Shown here piece by piece: positions 1-9,315 of a stretch of DNA of 64,000 nt (positions within the stretch are counted from its first letter, which is position 1; every line of letters begins with the position of its first letter). The notes beneath the pieces were generated by a model that was given only the letters and a program-made list of their open reading frames with translations, was not told where the DNA came from and ran no database searches. The translations under genes were made by a program, and so were the position numbers. Source of the stretch: an uncultured bacterium (GTDB taxonomy: Bacteria > Planctomycetota > UBA1135 > GCA-002686595); NCBI GenBank assembly GCA_943787795.1, contig CALSNU010000005.1, positions 160,001 through 224,000 on the forward strand. The letters are read 5' to 3'.

Positions 1-537
1 CACCGACGGCCGCCCGGCCGGGTTGTGCCCCGTGTGCAGCAGATAGTTCGCCGCGGTGTGCTCGGGGAACTTGTTGGTCATGGAGCGGACCACGCAGAGC
101 TTGTCCGCCTGCTTTCGGAGCTCCGGGAACAGGTCGCTGATCATCAGCCCGCTCTCCCCGCCGGGCTTGAATTCCCAGTAGGAGGGGAGGACGGTGCCGA
201 TGTTGTTGAACTGGGTCGGCGGCGTGTCGACCGGGATGGGCTTCCCCGCCCAGCGCTCGAGCTCCGGCTTGGGGTCGAACGTGTCCATCTGCGCCGGACC
301 GCCGTCCATGTAGAGGAAGATCACGTTCTTCGCGCGCGCCGGGAAGTGGGGGGCGCGTGGCGTGAAGGGGCCGCCGCCGTCCAGTGCCCTCCGGGCGTCC
401 AGGCCCACGCCCGCCGCGCTCGCGGTGGAGCCGAAGAGGGCGCCGGCCGCGAGCGCGCCGAAGCCGTTGGCGGTGCGGGTCAGGAGGGCGCGCCGGGAAA
501 GGGGCGCGCTGCACGGAAGTCGGTCGTAGGCGCTCAT
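1..537 (-). CDS. DUF1501 domain-containing protein (5' part; runs off the window)
   Basis: Not in the ORF track. Hand translation from ATG 537 gives MSAYDRLPCSAPLSRRALL...HFPARAKNVIFLYMDGGPAQMDTFDPKP, with a Tat-like RR and the typical DUF1501 N-terminus. ATGA overlap with the upstream gene. Confidence 0.88.
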   Translation of the reverse strand, partial: MSAYDRLPCSAPLSRRALLTRTANGFGALAAGALFGSTASAAGVGLDARRALDGGGPFTPRAPHFPARAKNVIFLYMDGGPAQMDTFDPKPELERWAGKPIPVDTPPTQFNNIGTVLPSYWEFKPGGESGLMISDLFPELRKQADKLCVVRSMTNKFPEHTAANYLLHTGHNPAGRPSV

Positions 538-3500
538 TCGAGGAAGAGGAACTCCTTCGTGTTGAACAGGGTGTGGGCGAGGTCCACCCACGGATCAAGG
601 GCGCCTGACGGAGCGCCGGAGACGTACGCGGTGGCCTGCTCCAGCTCCTGGGGAGAGGGGCGCCGTGCCAGCGTCTGGAGCCAGAGCGCCTCGACGGCCG
701 CCGCCGGTGCGCTCCGATCGACACCCTCGGCGAGGGCCACAGCGCGGGCCTCCACGAAGGGATCGTTCAGCATCGCCAGGGCCTGGGCCGGGACGTTGGC
801 GGAGGTCCTGCGCCCGTGGCAGGTGGAGGGGGTCGGTTGGTCAAAGACCGTGAGCAGCGGATGGGGGAAGTTGCGCCGCACCTCGATGTAGATGGACCGG
901 CGCCCGTCGCCGTCCTCGGGCCCGCTCCGGCCAGGACGGCCGCGGCCGCTCATGAACGGCGTCAGGTGGATCGGGACCGGGGCGCCGAGGGTCGCCCGAT
1001 CGAGCTCGCCGCTGGCGGCGAGGAGCGTGTCGCGGACCTCCTCGGCCTCCAGCCGCCGCACGGCCATGTGGCCGAGGAGCCGGTTACTCGGGTCGAGCTC
1101 GGCGGCCGACGCGGTCGGGCGGGTGCTGCGGCCGTAGGCGTCCGTGAGGACGAGGCGGCGCAGCAGGCGTTTGGTGGACCAGCCGTCGGCGTCAAACTCG
1201 AGGGCCAGGTGATCGAGGAGCTCGGGGTGGGTGGGCTTCGCTCCCATCGCGCCGAAGTCGTCGGTGGTCTCGACGATCCCCTTCCCGAAGAGCGCCTGCC
1301 AGGTTCGGTTCACCCAGACCCGCTGCACGATGGCGGACTCTGCGCCGAGGAGCGCCTCTGCGAAGGCGAGCCGGCCGCTCCCCTCGGCGTCCCGCGCGAG
1401 GGGGGCGTCATCGGAGCGCAGGGCGCTCGGCAGCCGTCGGGGAGCGGCCGCGAGCGGGGACTGCCAGCTCCCGCGGTCCAGGACCCGCTCATCCCGGCCC
1501 TCGAGCTCGAGGGCCGCCGGGGCGAGCCGAGACTGTAGGACGCGCCGGTGAAGGATGTAGGCGAGCGTGCCGCGCTCGGGCGCGAGGGCCGCGCGGACGC
1601 GCGCGCGCACCGAGGGGACCTCCGTGGCCATGAACTCTGCGAGGCCGTACAGGAAGCTGCGCTCCCCGTCAGAGAGCGCCCGGCCCTCCACCCCGCCCGT
1701 GCGGACGAGCTCCGCGGCGTCGCGGACGCGCTGGACCACGAAGCGAGCGCGGTCGGCGGGCGTGTCCCCCTCGAGCTCGTCGAGGGATCGGTCCTCCACC
1801 CAGTCCATGGGGAGCGGCGCGGGGAGAGCGCCGTCCCGGGCCACCTCCACCGTGGCCGCGATCTCGCAGGGCCCGCGCCCGGTGGCGGTCAGCTCCAGGT
1901 GGGCCGAGAGGCCCGCGCCCGAGGGCACGTCCTGGATCACCCAGCGCCACTCGCCTCCCGTGTCGAAGGCGCGGGTCGAGCCGCCGTGGAGCGGCCCCTG
2001 CACCAGCTTGTGGGAGGCGATCGGCATCAGCATCCGCCCCTCGCCGCGTACGAGGTGCGCGACCCGGCCGTGCTCCAGGTCGAACTCCGGGGAGACCAGG
2101 GTGCGGCCGGCCTGGACCCAGTTGAGCGACGACCCCCGCGAGGTCGAGGAGTCCACCACCTCCAGGTCTGCCCAGGTGGGGTGACCGACGGCGGCGGGGC
2201 GGGAGGTGATCCCGGCCACCTCGAGCGAGTCCTCACGGAGGTCGAGGAGCACGTCGCCCGCGCCGCGGGGGCCGGGGCCGAACCCGGGGCCGTTCGTGAT
2301 CCAGCTCGGGCCCGAGAGCGCGTCGTAACGGACGAGCTCCCTCACGCCGCGGGCGGCGATGGCGACCTCGCCGTCGATGCGATCCAGCCAGTCCATCCAC
2401 TGGCGGGCCCCGGCGTCGAAGCGCTCCGACCCCATGGCGTCGATCCAGCCGAGGAGTCGGTCGAGGTCCGCGCCATCCAGCGCGTCGCTGAACACGGCCA
2501 GGCGGGCCACGGGGAGGGCCACGTCGAGGACCTCGGGGCCCGGCTCGTCGCTCAGGACAAAGTGGTCGCCGCCGATCTGCCCCCAGCCGCCCTCGTGCTC
2601 GTCCACGAAGCGGATCCGTACCCGCCGCCCCTGGAAGGGCTCGAGATCGAAGCGGGCGGGGGTGAGGGTGTTGGTGCGGTCCGCGCTCGTGGCGATCAGC
2701 GCCTCTCCCGTCTCCGCGTCGATCAGCTCGACCCGGACCGTGGGCTCGTCCCCCCCGTTGACCAGGAAGTGGAGGTAGGACCGGATGACCGTGAAGGGCG
2801 CGCTGGTGAGGGTGCCTACGTAGGCGTCCGCGGAGCCGGGGGCGTCGGGGTGCCCCGCGTAGCTGTTGACGGCCCCTCGGCCACGGGGCTTGAAGGTCGG
2901 CTGGGACGAATGGATGTCATCGCGCCGGACCGGGTGTCCGATGAACGCCTCCCCCTCCCGGACCCAGGGGCCCAGGGAGCAGTCGTCGAGGCCCTCGCCC
3001 TCGAAGTCCTCGAGCACGATGCACGGGCGCAGCTCACCGCGGGCCTCGAAGGCGGCGTCCAGCGCCGCGGCGGCGGCGTCGGTGTAGGGCTCGGGGGGCG
3101 TCACGGTTCGGGCTGCTGCGAGCACCCCGGCGAGCCCCTCCGCCTCGGCCTCCAGCGCCTCCGCCACGGCGTCGCGCGCGGTGATCTGTTGACCGTCGAT
3201 CCAGGCGGCCAGCTCCCGCGCCACGTGCCGGTTGTGGTCATTGGACTCGTACCGGACCTGCCTGGGCGCGGTGGAGAGGGCGAAGCCCGCGAGGGCGTGG
3301 TAGTCCTCGGCGCTGATGGGGTCGAACTTGTGGTCGTGGCAGCGGGCGCAGGCGGCGCCGAGGGCCATGACGGACTTGGACAGCACCTCCACCTGGTTCG
3401 CGATGCGGTCGGTCTGATCCCCCCGCGGCTCCACGGGGGAGTGGACCTCCTCGCCGAGCTGCCAGGCGCCCGTGCCGAGGATCGACTCGTCCCAGAGTCC

Positions 3501-4406
3501 GGACGGGTCCATGCGCGGGGTCTCCACCAGGTCGCCGGCGATGAACTCGGTGATGAAGCGGTCGTAGGGGACGTCCGCGTTGAACGCGCGGATGACGTAG
3601 TCCCGGTATCGGTACGCGTTGGGGATGGGGTAGTCGAACTCGTGCGCCTTGGTCTCGGCGTAGCGGACCAGGTCGAGCCACCGTCGCGCCCAGCGCTCAC
3701 CAAACGCCGGGGACTCGAGGAGCCGATCCACGACGCGCTCCCGCGATGCTGGCGCGGGGTCGTTGAGGAACGCGTCGACCTCTTCCGGCGTGGGGGGCAG
3801 GCCCGTCAGGTCGAAGGTCACCCGGCGAAGCCAGGAGCGAGGCGAGCTGGGCGTAGAGGGCTGGACGCCACGCTCGGCGAGGGCCTCGAAGAGGAAGGCA
3901 TCCACCGGGTCCTCGTGGGACGCCAGGGTCGATGGCAAGGCCTCCACAGGCGGCTGGAAGCACCACGGCTGGGTCTCGCTCGCTTCGAAGTTCAGCGTCT
4001 GGGGGAGGTGGGCCCCCATCTCGATCCAGCGCTCGATGGCCTCGATCTCCTCGTCCGCGAGCTTCCCGTCCGGTGGCATCGCGGTGAAGGGATCCTCGTA
4101 GCGGACCGCCTCGACCATCAGGCTCGCCTCGAGGTCCCCAGGGACGAAGATCGGCTCACCCGCAGCGCCCGCGCGGAGGCCTGCGATGCTGTCCATCCGG
4201 AGGTCCCCCTTGGGCTTCTCCCCGGAGTGACAGTCGACGCAGCGCTCGGCCAGGATCGGGCGGACGCGCGCCTCGAAGTACTCCGCTGCCGCCGTCTCGT
4301 CAGGGGGCCGCTGGGCGAGGTCCTCCTGCGCGGGAGCCCCCGAGGGCTGGGGCGGTCGCGTCGGAGCCGCTGTCAGCGCGGCGAGGAGGAGAGGGCCGAG
4401 GATCAT
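534..4406 (-). CDS. Planctomycete cytochrome c / DUF1549 / DUF1553 (PSD1) protein
   Basis: Signal peptide, heme motifs CVDCH and CARCH, and motifs LRRVTFDLTGLPPT, GERWARRWLDLVRYAET, PTHPELLDHLA and PAQALAMLN. Confidence 0.92.
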   Translation of the reverse strand: MILGPLLLAALTAAPTRPPQPSGAPAQEDLAQRPPDETAAAEYFEARVRPILAERCVDCHSGEKPKGDLRMDSIAGLRAGAAGEPIFVPGDLEASLMVEAVRYEDPFTAMPPDGKLADEEIEAIERWIEMGAHLPQTLNFEASETQPWCFQPPVEALPSTLASHEDPVDAFLFEALAERGVQPSTPSSPRSWLRRVTFDLTGLPPTPEEVDAFLNDPAPASRERVVDRLLESPAFGERWARRWLDLVRYAETKAHEFDYPIPNAYRYRDYVIRAFNADVPYDRFITEFIAGDLVETPRMDPSGLWDESILGTGAWQLGEEVHSPVEPRGDQTDRIANQVEVLSKSVMALGAACARCHDHKFDPISAEDYHALAGFALSTAPRQVRYESNDHNRHVARELAAWIDGQQITARDAVAEALEAEAEGLAGVLAAARTVTPPEPYTDAAAAALDAAFEARGELRPCIVLEDFEGEGLDDCSLGPWVREGEAFIGHPVRRDDIHSSQPTFKPRGRGAVNSYAGHPDAPGSADAYVGTLTSAPFTVIRSYLHFLVNGGDEPTVRVELIDAETGEALIATSADRTNTLTPARFDLEPFQGRRVRIRFVDEHEGGWGQIGGDHFVLSDEPGPEVLDVALPVARLAVFSDALDGADLDRLLGWIDAMGSERFDAGARQWMDWLDRIDGEVAIAARGVRELVRYDALSGPSWITNGPGFGPGPRGAGDVLLDLREDSLEVAGITSRPAAVGHPTWADLEVVDSSTSRGSSLNWVQAGRTLVSPEFDLEHGRVAHLVRGEGRMLMPIASHKLVQGPLHGGSTRAFDTGGEWRWVIQDVPSGAGLSAHLELTATGRGPCEIAATVEVARDGALPAPLPMDWVEDRSLDELEGDTPADRARFVVQRVRDAAELVRTGGVEGRALSDGERSFLYGLAEFMATEVPSVRARVRAALAPERGTLAYILHRRVLQSRLAPAALELEGRDERVLDRGSWQSPLAAAPRRLPSALRSDDAPLARDAEGSGRLAFAEALLGAESAIVQRVWVNRTWQALFGKGIVETTDDFGAMGAKPTHPELLDHLALEFDADGWSTKRLLRRLVLTDAYGRSTRPTASAAELDPSNRLLGHMAVRRLEAEEVRDTLLAASGELDRATLGAPVPIHLTPFMSGRGRPGRSGPEDGDGRRSIYIEVRRNFPHPLLTVFDQPTPSTCHGRRTSANVPAQALAMLNDPFVEARAVALAEGVDRSAPAAAVEALWLQTLARRPSPQELEQATAYVSGAPSGALDPWVDLAHTLFNTKEFLFLE

Positions 4407-4421
4407 CGAGCCCCTAACGTA

Positions 4422-5618
4422 CTACGCCAGGACGGATTCGAAGCGTCCCACTGTGCACTGTGCGGCGAGCTCCGTTGGCTGACCGAGGATGGCGCTGGCG
4501 GCCGCGCGCCCCAGTCCCAGGGAGAGGGTCATCCCATGTCCCCCCAGACCGCAGCACCAGTGGAGGCCCCCGAGCCTTGGATCGGGGCCGAGAATCGGTC
4601 GATCGTCGGGGGAGAGGTCCCTGAAGCCGCTCCAGCCCCGCTCGAGGGGAAGGGCAGCGCCCGGGCGGCGGACCCAACCGGCCACCGCCTCCGTGGCCAT
4701 GCGCTCGATCTCCGGGTCCACGGGGTACAGGGGGGCCTGGGTCGAGGCCTCGAGCACGTCGCAGATGGAGATACCCCAGCGCGAGCCCTCACGGCGAATA
4801 TAGAAGGCCGCGTCGTCGTCCCAGACCACCGGGGCGGTGTTGCCCCGGCCGGAGTCGGAGTCGGAGTCGGAGCCCGAGTCGGAGCTGGAGTCGGGGGCGG
4901 AGCCAGGGTCAGGCGAGGTCATGAACATATGGCGCCGGGTGGTCCGGAGCGGCAGGTCGACACCGAGACCCCGTGCCATCGGACCGCTCCACGCCCCCGC
5001 GGCGACGACGACGTCCTCCGCGTCGAGGAGTCGGCCGTCGTGGAGCCGGACGCCCCTGACGGCTCCCCGCTCGCTCACCACCTCCGCGTCTCCCGCGTTC
5101 CGCAGGAGGGTCACCCCGGCCCGCTGGGCGCTGCTGACCAGGGAGGCCACCAGTCGTTCGCCTCGGATCCTCCCGCCGCGCTCGAACCAGTAGGCTCGGC
5201 CCTCGAGCCGAAGGGCGTCCTCCGCCTCTCGGAGGTCTGGCGCCAGTCGGCGCAGGGAGGCGGCATCGGGGCGCGTCACGATCCCGCGGCGCTCGAGGTC
5301 CGCGGTCCAGCTCGGCGCGCCCGAGTTGAGCACCAGCAGGCCGGTCCGATCCACCAGGCTCTCCGCGTCAAGCCCCGCCGCGACGGGATCCTCGAAGAGC
5401 CGATCGGTCTCCAGCGCGAGCGCGCGGGTGATCGGGTCGTTCACGGCCACGCGCAGGATCTCCGCGCTGCGACCCGTGGAGTGGACGTCGTGTCGGCGCT
5501 CCCGTTCCACGAGGGTCACCTCGACCTCGCCGGCTTGGCCCTGGGAGCGGGCCAGGGAATGGGCGGTCGAGAGCCCTGCGATGCCGCCACCGAGGACGAT
5601 GATCCGTCGACGGCTCAC
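4422..5618 (-). CDS. FAD-dependent oxidoreductase (DAO / glycine oxidase family)
   Basis: GGGIAG Rossmann motif, VVAAGAWS, DLSPDDRPILG, GLGGHG. Contains an internal SD-repeat insertion. Confidence 0.85.
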   Translation of the reverse strand: MSRRRIIVLGGGIAGLSTAHSLARSQGQAGEVEVTLVERERRHDVHSTGRSAEILRVAVNDPITRALALETDRLFEDPVAAGLDAESLVDRTGLLVLNSGAPSWTADLERRGIVTRPDAASLRRLAPDLREAEDALRLEGRAYWFERGGRIRGERLVASLVSSAQRAGVTLLRNAGDAEVVSERGAVRGVRLHDGRLLDAEDVVVAAGAWSGPMARGLGVDLPLRTTRRHMFMTSPDPGSAPDSSSDSGSDSDSDSGRGNTAPVVWDDDAAFYIRREGSRWGISICDVLEASTQAPLYPVDPEIERMATEAVAGWVRRPGAALPLERGWSGFRDLSPDDRPILGPDPRLGGLHWCCGLGGHGMTLSLGLGRAAASAILGQPTELAAQCTVGRFESVLA

Positions 5619-6229
5619 GGCCGGGCCTCCGCTCCGTCATCCTCGAGGCCGTGGGACCTCAGGTCCAGGACCCGTAGCATCGCCGTGAGGACGAGAGAGT
5701 GGTCCACGGCACCGTCGAGGATGGCCGCCCGCATCTCCTCGAGCGACATGGTCCCCACGTGGATGTCCTCGCCGGGATCCTGAAGCTGCTCCCCGGAGCG
5801 GCGGCAGCCCTCGGCCAGGAAGTGGTGGCAGCGGTTGTTGAGGAAGGCGGGGTTGGGGGCGACGGCGCCCAGGGACCTCCATCGCTCGGCCACGAAGCCG
5901 GTCTCCTCGCGGAGCTCGCGCTTGGCGGCCACCAGGGGCTGCTCGCCCGGGTCGATCATGCCGCCGGGGATCTCGATGGTGGGCGCGCCGACGCCGAAGC
6001 GGTGCTGCTTCACGACGATCACGTCCCGCTCGGCGGTGAGCCCGACGACGTTGACCCAGTCTGGAGCGTCGACGACCACGCGCTCCATACGCTGGCCAGT
6101 CCTCGGATTCTCGAGCTCTTCGAAGGTGGTGGTGAAGATCCGGTATTCGGTCCCCGCCCGGACACCGTGGCGCGGCCACGGCCTGGGGTCGGGGATCGAC
6201 CGCGCTCCGGGTCGCTCGCTCTCAGCCAT
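5615..6229 (-). CDS. NUDIX hydrolase (ADP-ribose pyrophosphatase-like)
   Basis: Intact Nudix box GMIDPGEQPLVAAKRELREETG. Confidence 0.9.
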   Translation of the reverse strand: MAESERPGARSIPDPRPWPRHGVRAGTEYRIFTTTFEELENPRTGQRMERVVVDAPDWVNVVGLTAERDVIVVKQHRFGVGAPTIEIPGGMIDPGEQPLVAAKRELREETGFVAERWRSLGAVAPNPAFLNNRCHHFLAEGCRRSGEQLQDPGEDIHVGTMSLEEMRAAILDGAVDHSLVLTAMLRVLDLRSHGLEDDGAEARP

Positions 6230-6357
6230 GGGAGCACGGTAGTCCGAGCTCGGGCGGAATGCACCGCTTGCTCGGCTGGGAACCTCATCAGATCTCTCGA
6301 CGGATCTCGAGGATGGGGGCGGGGTGGGCCGCGATCGGGTCCTATTCTCACCGCCCC

Positions 6358-7314
6358 ATGGGAAGCCGCGTCAGCTCCAGAGGCGCGCAGCCCATCTCCA
6401 CAGCACCTGCGGCGGACCACTCGGTGCGCGCGGGGCTCCTGGCCCTCACGGCCGTCCAGCTCTGCTTCGGGCTGTTTCCCGTCTTCGGCGCCCTCGCGAT
6501 GGACCCGGCCACGGGCTTCTCACCCTTCGCCGTGGCAACCTGGCGCATCGCGGTCGGAGCGATCGTCCTGATGCTCCTTGCGGCGCTGCTCTACCGGCGC
6601 CGTGCGCTCCCGGCCCTGCGGGACATGCCGACCCTGTTGGGCTTCGCGGTGCTCGGGATCGTGCTCAATCAGGGGCTCTTCCTGGAGGGCTTGCAGCGAT
6701 CGACGCCCATGAACGCAGGGCTCGTGATCTGTCTGATCCCGGTGTTCACTTACACGGTGGCGGTCGTTCTCGGCAAGGAGGTGCTGCGGGGGCTGCGCGT
6801 GCTCGGCGTCGTCGTGGCGCTCCTCGGCGCCGTCCCGCTCTTCCTCTCGAGCGGGGGAGACCTCTCCTCCGAACACGCCTTCGGGAACCTGCTGATGGCC
6901 GGGAACGCCCTCTGCTACGCGATCTATCTGGTGCTCTCCAAGCCCCTCCTGCGCCGCATGCCGCCGCTGGTGCTGGTGGCCTGGATCTACGTCCTCTCGG
7001 TCCCGTTCCTGCCGCTCTTCTTCGTGGGCGAGTCCCTGGCACCTGAAGACGCGTCGAGGGGGGCGTGGCTGTCCCTCGCCTACGTCCTGGTCTTCCCGAC
7101 GATCCTCGCGTATGCGCTGAACTCGTACGCGCTCGCGCGAGTCGAGGCCTCGACCACCGCCTTCTTCGTCTTCGCGCAGCCCATCATCACCGCCCTGGCC
7201 GCGGCGGTGCTGCTGGCCGAGCGACCGACCCCCGAGCTGGGCTTCGCGGCCCTCGGCCTGTTCACCGGGATGGCGCTCGTGGTCAAGCGCCCTGCGCCAC
7301 GGCCCGCGGCGTAG
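6358..7314 (+). CDS. DMT / EamA family transporter
   Basis: About 10 hydrophobic helices in two EamA-like halves. Start uncertain (ATG 6358 chosen; ORF is open from 6259). Confidence 0.85.
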   Translation: MGSRVSSRGAQPISTAPAADHSVRAGLLALTAVQLCFGLFPVFGALAMDPATGFSPFAVATWRIAVGAIVLMLLAALLYRRRALPALRDMPTLLGFAVLGIVLNQGLFLEGLQRSTPMNAGLVICLIPVFTYTVAVVLGKEVLRGLRVLGVVVALLGAVPLFLSSGGDLSSEHAFGNLLMAGNALCYAIYLVLSKPLLRRMPPLVLVAWIYVLSVPFLPLFFVGESLAPEDASRGAWLSLAYVLVFPTILAYALNSYALARVEASTTAFFVFAQPIITALAAAVLLAERPTPELGFAALGLFTGMALVVKRPAPRPAA

Positions 7315-7324
7315 ACTCGGTCCC

Positions 7325-7744
7325 ATGGAAGCCCCCGAGATCCCCGAGTTCCCGCAGTTCGTCCACGAGACCGTCACCCGCTGGTCCGACGACGACAGCC
7401 AGGGCGTGCTGAACAACGCCGTCTACCTGACGCTGTTCGAGGAGGCGCGCCACGGCTTCAGCCGCGCCGCCGAGGTCCTCATCGACGGGGCCTTCCCCTT
7501 CCTCCTGGCCCAGACCAACGTTCGCTTCGTGGCGCCCGGCCGCGGTGGAGAGAGCGTGCGCGTTGAGCTCTCAACGGTCCACGTGGGCACCCGCTCCTTC
7601 CGCCAGGCCTACCGCGTCCGCTCGGCCGAGGGTGAGATCTGGGCCGAGGGCGAGGCCGCGCTGGTGTGCTACGACCCGGACACCATGGAGTCGGCGGAGA
7701 TCCCGGCGGACCTCCGCGACGCCCTCGAGGCCATGAAGGGCTAA
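7325..7744 (+). CDS. Acyl-CoA thioesterase (4HBT / hotdog family)
   Basis: RWSDDDSQGVLNNAVYLTLFEEAR motif, 139 aa. Confidence 0.85.
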   Translation: MEAPEIPEFPQFVHETVTRWSDDDSQGVLNNAVYLTLFEEARHGFSRAAEVLIDGAFPFLLAQTNVRFVAPGRGGESVRVELSTVHVGTRSFRQAYRVRSAEGEIWAEGEAALVCYDPDTMESAEIPADLRDALEAMKG

Positions 7745-7766
7745 GGGGCGTCCCGGGCGACGGGGC

Positions 7767-9083
7767 TCAGTCCGCGGAGCCGCCGCCGATCCCCAGGATC
7801 GCGCCGTAGACCATGTCCTCGTAGCTGCGGTAGACCTCGTAGGCCTCCGGGTCGTCGAAGGGCAGCAGCTGACTGAAGCTGAAGACCGCGATGCCGCGCT
7901 CGGGGTCGATCGTGTAGTAGGTGTTGAAGAGGCCGGACCAGTAGCCGACCCCTTCGGGCCGCGCGCCGTCCTCGCCGCCCACCTCGATCGCCCAGGAGAG
8001 GCTGTACCCGTCGTCGTACTCCTCGAGGGAGGTGCGCTCGCGTTCCTGCTGCTGCTCTGGATCAGGGGGCAACGTCACGCGGACTCCGTCCGGGAGTTGG
8101 TCCGTCATCATCAGGGACACCATCTCCTCGCCCAGGATCCTGACGCCGTCGAGCTCCCCGCCGTTGAGGAGACAGCGCAGGAACCGAGCGTAGTCCCGCG
8201 GAGTACTGAGCAGGGAGCCCCCCCCGTAGAAGCGCTCCATGGGGACCGGGCGGACGTCGGGCATGGGGACGAGCACGCCCGTGCCCGGGATCCGGGTGTG
8301 CAGGGTGACCCGCCCATCCATGAGCGGTTCGGTGAGGTTGTAGCCCGTGGAGTCGAGCCCGAGCGGTCCGAGGATGTGCCCCTTGAAGTAGGTGTCGAGA
8401 TCCTCCCCTGAGAGGCGCTCCACGACCCTCGCCGCGACGCCCACGCCGCGGCCGTAGACCCACGCCTCGCCCGCGTCGAAGATCCGGCGAGGCTGGACAC
8501 CGAACCCCCAGTCGTACTCTCCTTCCTCGAGCTTGTCCGGCAGCGGCATGCCCGTGATGGGGTTGAGGCGGATCTCCGCGAGGATCGTCGGGCTCGTGAA
8601 GAAGTAGGCGAAGCCGGACGTGTGCCGCAGCAGATCACGGAGGGTCAGGGGGCGGGCCGGGGGACGCCGGGTCCCATCCTCCTCGAGGATCTGGATCTGT
8701 CGTAGCTCCGGCATGATCTCCTCGAGCGGATCGTCCAGCCCGATCCGTCCCTGCTCGACGAGCTGCAGCGCCGCTGTCGCGGTGATGGCCTTCGTCATCG
8801 ACTGGATCTCGAAGATGCTGTCGGGGGACATGGGCGTCGGGTCGCCGATGCCATGCACCCCGTGGGACAGGAACTCCTCCGCGCCGTCACGGGTGATCGT
8901 GCCCACCACGACGCCGGGGATCGAGGTCTGGTCGACGACAGCGCCCATGGCCTCGCCGCGGGCCAGGGACGAGGCTTCGAGGCGCTCCTGGAGCCGCGGC
9001 GCGGTGGAGGGCGCAGGGGTCGAGCAGGAGCCGGCGAGGAGGCCAAGGGCGACGGCGAGCGGCGCGGGCGAGCGGGGAGTCAT
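7767..9083 (-). CDS. Serine hydrolase, beta-lactamase class C-like lipoprotein
   Basis: Lipobox-like LAGSC, SxxK motif (SMTK), LLRHTSG and YGGGSLLST. Confidence 0.85.
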   Translation of the reverse strand: MTPRSPAPLAVALGLLAGSCSTPAPSTAPRLQERLEASSLARGEAMGAVVDQTSIPGVVVGTITRDGAEEFLSHGVHGIGDPTPMSPDSIFEIQSMTKAITATAALQLVEQGRIGLDDPLEEIMPELRQIQILEEDGTRRPPARPLTLRDLLRHTSGFAYFFTSPTILAEIRLNPITGMPLPDKLEEGEYDWGFGVQPRRIFDAGEAWVYGRGVGVAARVVERLSGEDLDTYFKGHILGPLGLDSTGYNLTEPLMDGRVTLHTRIPGTGVLVPMPDVRPVPMERFYGGGSLLSTPRDYARFLRCLLNGGELDGVRILGEEMVSLMMTDQLPDGVRVTLPPDPEQQQERERTSLEEYDDGYSLSWAIEVGGEDGARPEGVGYWSGLFNTYYTIDPERGIAVFSFSQLLPFDDPEAYEVYRSYEDMVYGAILGIGGGSAD

Positions 9084-9231
9084 GGGGGCGGTGGCGAAGG
9101 GAAGGACGCCCGGCCGTGCGAGGTGTGCCAGGGCGCGGGACAGAGCCTAGCCGGATCGACCATCGGCTCCGATAGCGCGCCGCCGCCCGGTCAGGGAACC
9201 TCCGGGTGAGAGTGTCCGGGGCGCCGGGATG

Positions 9232-9275
9232 TCCCGCGGCCCCGCCCCCGGTGAACCGGAGGCGGGGCCGCGGGA
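9232..9275 (-). terminator. GC-rich stem-loop downstream of the lectin gene
   Basis: Inverted repeat tcccgcggccccgcc...ggcggggccgcggga with a 4-nt loop, ~40 bp after the stop. No U-tract. Confidence 0.55.
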
Positions 9276-9315
9276 ATTCCTGGGGTCGGCCGTCCGCTGG
9301 ACGGCCGGCGGAGGG

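Noticed and set aside
1548..5783. Very long antisense ORFs (1411 aa here; also 11619..15215, 32301..34859, 40820..42778, 52421..55369, 61605..63905)
   Set aside because: They mirror genuine opposite-strand genes. High GC and codon bias suppress stop codons, and no protein motifs are present.
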